Source: Candidatus Krumholzibacteriota bacterium (GTDB taxonomy: Bacteria; Krumholzibacteriota; Krumholzibacteriia; LZORAL124-64-63). Taken from it: a stretch of 64,000 nucleotides of DNA. Below the pieces are notes generated by a model, which saw only the letters and a list, made by a program, of their open reading frames with translations, was not told the DNA's origin and made no database searches. A program made the position numbers and the translations under genes. Where the stretch lies: positions 504 to 64,503 of the forward strand of contig JAJRWA010000067.1 of assembly GCA_024277025.1 (NCBI GenBank), written 5' to 3'. Of the stretch, positions 59,301-64,000 are shown piece by piece (within the stretch, counting starts at the first letter, position 1; every line of letters begins with the position of its first letter).

Positions 59301-59799
59301 TGCTGATCTGGTGACGACCGGGACCTTTGACCGGATCACCGGTACTGACGGGGCAGCGGGACTTGCCACCGAACCGGTGGCCACGGTGGCGGTCTGGCGT
59401 GATCTCGCGGTTGCGCAGCCTATCTGGCCGATGCATGGTGGGTCGGTCTGGCGCAACGGGTCTTTTGACCTGGCGGTCTGGCAGCCCGGCGGGGCTGTTG
59501 CACCGGGCACAGGCCTGGTGTCCGGCAGCCACTTCTGCTTCCCGAGTCCCCTGGAAGAGGGCCCGCTGCAGGTGAGCGGCAAGGTCCGCAGTCCGGCACG
59601 GGTCAAAGTCGTGGTGTATAATCTTGAAGGGGAAGAGGTGGGGCAAACCGGTTGGCAGGCGGTCGGCCCGGTTGAACCTTTCATTGTTGGTATTGACTTG
59701 CCGGGGGCGGTAACGGGGCTTTACCTGTGCCGTCTGGTGGTCGATACCCCGGGAGTCGGAACGGAGAACAGTGTGACTCAGTTCGCGATTGTCCACTGA
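56350..59799 (+). CDS. Large secreted protein (1149 aa): M6 (InhA)-like N-terminal region without a canonical HEXXH, FG-GAP/VCBS-type repeats, and a C-terminal T9SS/FlgD-Ig-type sorting domain
   Basis: Signal peptide. M6-domain-like N-terminal 450 aa, but the expected HEYGHDLG position reads CFEFGLHLGM. FG-GAP-like repeats (GDLDQLGGTDEIILAG…, GDIDGDGEPEILLTG…). C-terminal …TGLYLCRLVVDTPGVGTENSVTQFAIVH beta-sandwich tail. Confidence 0.7.
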   Translation: MRIIPFALWFSLVAVHGAVPATAGTPVVYGADAAGTAAVAGLQELLRAQSAPLRADAARGRQASRLAGERAPDTLNALVMMCDFSDSLMLGRYGQVPGDFPPPMQTDRHYAAHDSVYFDHMLSKVSDYFTTVSGSRLTINYTIHPRTINLPQPMWFYGNHPQEGEQTMLLAAQVVDSLGTEIDLSLYDTFVLMHAGAGEETDILGNSPEQIFSTYLDPDDFAAAVEDSILEQPYLPAPGFPAGTGIDRVLVLPETEQQDPVGGFGGGFGSLGVYCFEFGLHLGMLSLSDFTPSGRPDSQGIGQYGLMGYGLFVGLGFIPPHPCAYNKLLMGWLDPYEADARSGGTYRLTPSEAPNQPLACARVNLTGQEFWLLEYRLQDPNGDRRYTFGDDKNGNGLPDFYDMDSTVGGGIPTGKFDAATDSLERVIEAEWDFAMSENSARVLGELGWGSGVYVWHIDEGVIASVIDAPRNLFNADAGRKSVDLEEADGIQDLDSNEPSAYMLGGDDDSFRGEFTADFTPSTRPNTGTSSGAYSGVAFRNFSNVVTDSFVAPLYTDPETGITYWAFEYADTMSFDLQIETAAAGAPVLHARRDLAPGTDLRGSHVLVGDLDQLGGTDEIILAGHAGEVFVLDGNLDEFLDHDGDAATLEPFVVGTRGGAPVVWNLPPALGDIDGDGEPEILLTGAGGLFAFKRDGTAVRNPEPGSFGLYADVPGCELPPVLLADSRFSPEADPGARVQALVMEQGPGGARLLFLRGADATEIAAVDLGDGVVRSVPLALDDYVVVAVADTSGANNRLVILERTADILPAIPSRLDLALSGMPGRLPLLAGIAPGSDPAQPLFFVTVIDTAGRGETVFFDNNLVAAREPSLWPVDLVVAAPLGLGGAFVGQDVLGRVGNGGHWLTGWPRRPLQGDLAGDSRWQGQPLVAQLVGSVQNLDQFIFPTRDGRLFATGGQGDDEPGWPLAGPAVSAGTPAFGQLVGSPDADLVTTGTFDRITGTDGAAGLATEPVATVAVWRDLAVAQPIWPMHGGSVWRNGSFDLAVWQPGGAVAPGTGLVSGSHFCFPSPLEEGPLQVSGKVRSPARVKVVVYNLEGEEVGQTGWQAVGPVEPFIVGIDLPGAVTGLYLCRLVVDTPGVGTENSVTQFAIVH

Positions 59800-59884
59800 T
59801 GGGGATCGCGTGACAGGCTATAATAGGCGGCAAGATGACCGGGGCCTCCGGGGCCGTGGTCGGCACAACACGGAAAGGGATTCC

Positions 59885-60823
59885 ATGGTTCGCAAGAACA
59901 AGACGACGGCGGGAGCGCTGGTGGCAGCGATGCTCCTGACGGTGGCCCTGGCACCATTGGCTCAGGCAGCGGAACCGGGCGAGTCCGGCTTGCTCTCTTT
60001 GCGCATCGGGGTCGGCGGGCGCGAGGCGGGAATGGGCGAGGCCGGAGTGGCCAGCAGTCACGGGGCGGCGGCGATCTACTGGAATCCGGCCAACAATGTT
60101 TTTGGCGACCTGGAGACCGAACTGGTCCTGCAGCACGACCGCTATCTCGGCCTGTTCAATCAAGAGGCTGCGGCCGTGGCCCATCGGGTTGGGCGAGGAG
60201 TCGTCGGGTTTATCTTTACCGGGCTCTATTCCGATGCGATTGACCGGCGCAGCCAGGACAATACGGGTATTCCCGAGGGATCCTTCAAGCCGTACGATGT
60301 GGCTTTTGGCGTGAGCTATGCCCATCCGCTGGGTGAGAGCTTCGGGCTGGGGATGAATGCGAAGATGGTCTATCAGCGCATTGATATCTATTCCGACACC
60401 GGCTTCGCCTTCGATTTCTTCGTCAGCCACAAGGCCGTTGTCGAAGGGCTGATGTTTGGCGCGAGTGTGACCAATCTGGGCGGGCAGATGAATCTGAAGA
60501 ACGATGCGTTCAATCTGCCGACGGCGTTTCGGATCGGTGCCTCGTGGAGCCCGGAGCACGACGATGGCCTGGGCCGGCTGACGCTTACCGGCGATGTGGT
60601 GATGCCCAACGATGCCAACAACAAGGCCCACGCGGGCGCCGAATACCGCCTGCTGCCCGAATTCTCGCTGCGCGTGGGCACGCGTATCAACTATGAGAAT
60701 CAGGGGCTGACTGCCGGTGCGGGTTTCCGGACCGGAGTCTTGGGCGTTGACTACGCCTACGGTGAATCGACTGTCGACGGCATTGACGACGGGCACAAGT
60801 TCGCGCTGAATCTGGTGTGGTAG
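59885..60823 (+). CDS. FadL/PorV-superfamily outer-membrane beta-barrel (T9SS PorV/UPF0164-like)
   Basis: Signal peptide (…LAPLAQA). N-terminal G-x-x-G-M-G-x-A-x-x-A…WNPA motif (REAGMGEAGVASSHGAAAIYWNPANN). C-terminal aromatic residue (…ALNLVW). Confidence 0.6.
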   Translation: MVRKNKTTAGALVAAMLLTVALAPLAQAAEPGESGLLSLRIGVGGREAGMGEAGVASSHGAAAIYWNPANNVFGDLETELVLQHDRYLGLFNQEAAAVAHRVGRGVVGFIFTGLYSDAIDRRSQDNTGIPEGSFKPYDVAFGVSYAHPLGESFGLGMNAKMVYQRIDIYSDTGFAFDFFVSHKAVVEGLMFGASVTNLGGQMNLKNDAFNLPTAFRIGASWSPEHDDGLGRLTLTGDVVMPNDANNKAHAGAEYRLLPEFSLRVGTRINYENQGLTAGAGFRTGVLGVDYAYGESTVDGIDDGHKFALNLVW

Positions 60824-60903
60824 CGGGAGCGCTGCGGTCCGGTTTCCAGGCATGACTGAGCGCTCCGTGACCTGGTCGCGGGGCGCGCCTTGTCCCAGGG
60901 CCG

Positions 60904-61710
60904 TTAGAGGGGACTCGGGCCGCGGCCGAATTCGTGCAGGCTGAACCGGCCGTCACGCAGCAGTCCGTAGCCCAGAGGGTCAAACCAGCCGGCGAGAGCG
61001 GCCAGTTGGCGGCCGCCGTTCTCGTGGACGAAACCGTGGTGGACGTGGCCCATGACCAGCAGGTCCCAGGGGGCCGTTTGCTGGCGGGCCAGCCAGCGGC
61101 GGCCTCGCTCTTCGATGGCCGAGGCTTCGTCCCGGGTCGCGCCGCGGCTCTTGCCGCTGAGCCAGGTGCTGAGGGCAAAAAGAATTTCCGGGTGCAGGCT
61201 TTTGGCCAGAACTATTCCGGGGCGCGTGCGTACCATGGCGCGGAAACTGTTGTAGGCCCAGTCGAACTTCAGCAGGCCGTCCCCATGATCGAGCCGGACG
61301 CGGCGGCTGCCGAACTGGATGGTCTCCGGGGCGCCGGTCGCGGTGCACTGGTAGCGCCGATGAAAGTAGTCGACTGCCCAGATGTCGTGATTGCCGCCAA
61401 TAAAATGCAATTGTGTCCCGGCGGCCCTGACCTCGTCCAGACCGTGCAGCAGGGCTTCATAGCCCTTGAGCCGGAAGTGCGGGTAGTCGAACCAGAAATC
61501 GAAAATATCACCCAGCAGGACGAGGTGGTCGACCTGGTGGGACAGGGTCAACAACTGCAGGAACTGGTCCATCCGGGCCGACTCGGCGGGATCCGGCTGC
61601 AGGTGGAAATGGGAGTCTGAGACGAACAGTACGGTTGGTTCGACCGTATCTGCTGCTTGCGCAGGCTCCGGCTGCACCTGGCGCTCAGTGTGTTCTGTGG
61701 TTTCATTCAT
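60904..61710 (-). CDS. Calcineurin-like metallophosphoesterase (LpxH-like UDP-2,3-diacylglucosamine hydrolase candidate)
   Basis: VLFVSDSHFH…LLGDIFDFW…GNHD motifs. Start at MNETTE (61710); the longer ORF up to 62154 overlaps the divergent gene. Confidence 0.65.
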   Translation of the reverse strand: MNETTEHTERQVQPEPAQAADTVEPTVLFVSDSHFHLQPDPAESARMDQFLQLLTLSHQVDHLVLLGDIFDFWFDYPHFRLKGYEALLHGLDEVRAAGTQLHFIGGNHDIWAVDYFHRRYQCTATGAPETIQFGSRRVRLDHGDGLLKFDWAYNSFRAMVRTRPGIVLAKSLHPEILFALSTWLSGKSRGATRDEASAIEERGRRWLARQQTAPWDLLVMGHVHHGFVHENGGRQLAALAGWFDPLGYGLLRDGRFSLHEFGRGPSPL

Positions 61711-61788
61711 GATGCCTAATCTGTAGGATAGGCAGGATTCTGACAACCGAAAATGCGTGGCGCGGGCCGCGCGCCCGAGGAGGTCGTG

Positions 61789-62253
61789 ATGTCTTTGTTC
61801 GATGACGTGAAGAAGAATCTGGTCGAGTGGTATGCGGTGACGTCGGAGAAGACCAGCGAGGTGGCGCGGGTGACAACGCGCCGGTATGACAAGTTCGGCA
61901 TCAGCCGGGACATTGAGCGTCAGTTCAGTGAGCTGGGCAGCCTCGTGTACAACGGCCTGGCTGCGGGCCGGCAGGATATTCTGGCCGAGGAAGGCGTGCT
62001 GGCCCTGGTGGAACGGATCAAGGGACTGGAAGAGGAACTGCGCGCCAAGAACGAGGAGATCGAGCGTATCCGGCGGGAATACAGCGAGCGCAAGGCTGAG
62101 GCTGCCGCCGCCGGTGGGGCGTCCGCGACGGTGATTACCGATCCGGTGCTGCACGAAGGGCAGGAGGACAGTGCCATCCTGGTCGAGCCCGTGGTGGACG
62201 CGGAATCTGATTCCGACAAGCCAGAGTCAGAAGAGACGAAAAAAGATGGTTGA
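61789..62253 (+). CDS. Hypothetical coiled-coil acidic protein (154 aa)
   Basis: GAGGAGG RBS. Predicted coiled-coil (LVERIKGLEEELRAKNEEIERIRREYSERK). No recognisable domain. Confidence 0.45.
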   Translation: MSLFDDVKKNLVEWYAVTSEKTSEVARVTTRRYDKFGISRDIERQFSELGSLVYNGLAAGRQDILAEEGVLALVERIKGLEEELRAKNEEIERIRREYSERKAEAAAAGGASATVITDPVLHEGQEDSAILVEPVVDAESDSDKPESEETKKDG

Positions 62254-62405
62254 CATCAGGATTCATTTGCGGATATGATGTCCGTAAGTTCCCTGTAACG
62301 TCCGGGCTGAGGGGATTCGGCAGAGGTGCCGATCCTCGGGTGATGTCCCGGGCCGTGGCTCGCTCCTTCACCGGACCTGGAACCCAGATGGACGGTGAAA
62401 ACGCG

Positions 62406-63956
62406 ATGCTACACGATTGGCACAACTCAAGAACCGCCAGCCGCGCCGGGGGGCGGGGTTGCTTACAGCGCAGATGTGCTCTGGTCAAGGTTGACGGTGA
62501 TTCCGGCCACCTCGATCAGCGCACGCTCTGCGTTTTTGCGTTGGCAGTGGTGTTGTGGTTCGCGGCTGTCGCTGTGGCCCCGGCGGCGCTGGTCAATGAC
62601 GCGGTGGAGTCTCCTTTCGTGGCGGTCAGCCGTGCGGTGCGGCCGGCGGTCGTCAACATCCGCATCGTCAAGTCGGTCAATGCCGAGGGCGTGGGGACCA
62701 GCCCGCTGCAGGAGATGTACCGCCAGTTCTTCCCGGATGAACAGGGCAAGGGCGGACGCTTCGAATCGCCGGCCACCGGTTCCGGGTTCGTCGTGGACGC
62801 CTCGGGCGAGATCCTGACCAACCACCATGTCATTGCGGACGCCGACGCGATTTTCATACGCTTCAGTGGGGAGAAGAGGGAGTACCGGGCCGAGCTGGTC
62901 GGCAGTGACCGCAATACGGATCTGGCGCTGCTGCGCATCGATCCGGACGGACGCCGGCTGCCGACCCTGGCCTTTGGCGATTCGGAGGCGCTTGAAGTGG
63001 GCGCCTGGGCCATCGCCATCGGCAACCCGTTCGGCAACCTGGAAAGCAGCCTGACCGTCGGCGTGGTCAGTGCCAAGGGGCGCGGCGACCTGAAGATCGG
63101 CGGGCTCACGCCGCGCTATCAGGACTTTATCCAGACTGACGCCTCGATCAACCACGGCAACAGCGGTGGGCCGCTGGTGGACATCCACGGTCAGGTGATC
63201 GGGGTCAATACGGCCATCAGCGAGCGGGGACAGGGGATCGGCTTTGCGGTGCCCAGTCGTCTGGTACAGGTAATCTACCGTCAGCTGCGGGCCAATGGCC
63301 GGGTCGTGCGAGGGTACCTGGGCGCGGTGACCGAGGATGTGGTTCAGGTGGTGGGCGAAGAAATCGAGGGTGAGCCGGAGACCGGCGCTCGCGTCCTGCG
63401 TATTGTTCCGGATTCCCCGGCCGAGGCAGCGGGCCTGCAGGCCGGGGATGTGGTGGTGGAGTTTGCCGGTGAGCCGGTGGAGTCACGTCGCGAGTTGTTG
63501 TTCCTGATCGCGGCGGCCGCGCCGGGCCAGGAAGTGGAGATGACCTTTGTCAGGGGCGGTAAGCGGAAGGGAATCCGCGTGCGTCCTGTTGAATGGATAG
63601 AGAGAGAGACACCGGCTTCCGCATCCCTGGCGGACCAGTGGCTCGGCATGGAGGTGGCTTCCCTGGCCGACGGTGACCCGCGAGTCCTGCGTCTGAAGGA
63701 AGCGCTTGGCGTCACGGCGGCAACCGGAGTGATGGTTGTGGCGGTGCAGGAGGGCCAGTCGGCGGCGGATGCCGGTATCCGCCCCGGAGACGTTTTGTTG
63801 GCCATAGCCGATCAGGAGATCATGGACCTGGCGGGTTACCACCAGGTGCGGGCGCTGCTGGCGTCCCGGCATGAACCCCTGATGGTCCGCTTGCGGACCG
63901 GCGGTGTGGAAAACACAGTCCTGGTCCAACCCCGCTCGCGCGGGGTCGAGAATTGA
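62406..63956 (+). CDS. htrA: Periplasmic serine endoprotease DegP/HtrA (trypsin-like domain plus two PDZ domains)
   Basis: Catalytic triad context (TNHHVI…, DLALLRI, GNSGGPLV). Two PDZ domains. The N-terminus is uncertain (candidate ATGs at 62388 and 62406; the maximal ORF starts at TTG 62250). Confidence 0.8.
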   Translation: MLHDWHNSRTASRAGGRGCLQRRCALVKVDGDSGHLDQRTLCVFALAVVLWFAAVAVAPAALVNDAVESPFVAVSRAVRPAVVNIRIVKSVNAEGVGTSPLQEMYRQFFPDEQGKGGRFESPATGSGFVVDASGEILTNHHVIADADAIFIRFSGEKREYRAELVGSDRNTDLALLRIDPDGRRLPTLAFGDSEALEVGAWAIAIGNPFGNLESSLTVGVVSAKGRGDLKIGGLTPRYQDFIQTDASINHGNSGGPLVDIHGQVIGVNTAISERGQGIGFAVPSRLVQVIYRQLRANGRVVRGYLGAVTEDVVQVVGEEIEGEPETGARVLRIVPDSPAEAAGLQAGDVVVEFAGEPVESRRELLFLIAAAAPGQEVEMTFVRGGKRKGIRVRPVEWIERETPASASLADQWLGMEVASLADGDPRVLRLKEALGVTAATGVMVVAVQEGQSAADAGIRPGDVLLAIADQEIMDLAGYHQVRALLASRHEPLMVRLRTGGVENTVLVQPRSRGVEN

Positions 63957-64000
63957 TTCACCCCCCACGCTGGCATGGAGGAATCCTATGGCTGGCAAGA

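Noticed and set aside
59800-59884. -10-like TATAAT (59824-59829) upstream of the PorV-like gene.
   Set aside because: No acceptable -35 element at 16-18 nt spacing, so it is a possible promoter only. The gene may instead be cotranscribed with the upstream cargo gene.
62250-62405. Upstream TTG/ATG starts extending HtrA by about 50 aa.
   Set aside because: The extension has no signal-peptide character and the RBS is poor. The start is kept at 62406 with an uncertainty flag.

Overview
High-GC (about 68%) bacterial chromosomal segment. The gene content (T9SS-type C-terminal sorting domains, a PorV/FadL-like barrel, a Bat aerotolerance operon, a flagellin) points to an FCB-group-like or Gemmatimonadota-like lineage, but I cannot confirm this from the sequence alone. 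Most of the window is housekeeping: clpP(partial)-clpX-lon-engB, purA, tRNA-Lys(UUU), a sigma28-driven flagellin, pepF, nadA translationally coupled (TTGA overlap) to a NifS-like cysteine desulfurase, rpsA-like S1, tdk, rfbB, mutY, an Rrf2 regulator, rlmN, htrA, a fatty-acyl-CoA ligase, a CDF transporter and an M28 peptidase. Accessory content includes a complete MoxR/DUF58/BatA-E aerotolerance operon with BatB-BatC and BatD-BatE fused, two HDOD signalling proteins (one fused to a PP2C phosphatase), and a tandem pair of DUF507-like paralogs upstream of a glycosyltransferase. The most interesting region is a sigma54-centred island at about 46.9-60.8 kb. It holds two enhancer-binding proteins (an NtrC-like response regulator and a TPR-GAF-AAA-HTH activator that is interrupted by one in-frame TAG), a small secreted acidic protein with a near-consensus sigma70 promoter, and a roughly 900-bp low-GC non-coding island. 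That island carries a sigma54-like -24/-12 element, a long-range 25-bp closing stem and intrinsic terminators, which makes it a candidate sRNA. A strong TGGCAC-N5-CTGC promoter then drives a lipoprotein plus an exported DUF4384 protein with an aromatic-rich segment and a roughly 300-aa Arg/Ser/Gly tail. Next to it lies a 1149-aa CTD-bearing cargo protein with a degenerate M6-like domain and FG-GAP repeats, followed by the PorV/FadL-like barrel. queD is also interrupted by an in-frame stop (TAA). No CRISPR arrays or obvious mobile elements were seen.
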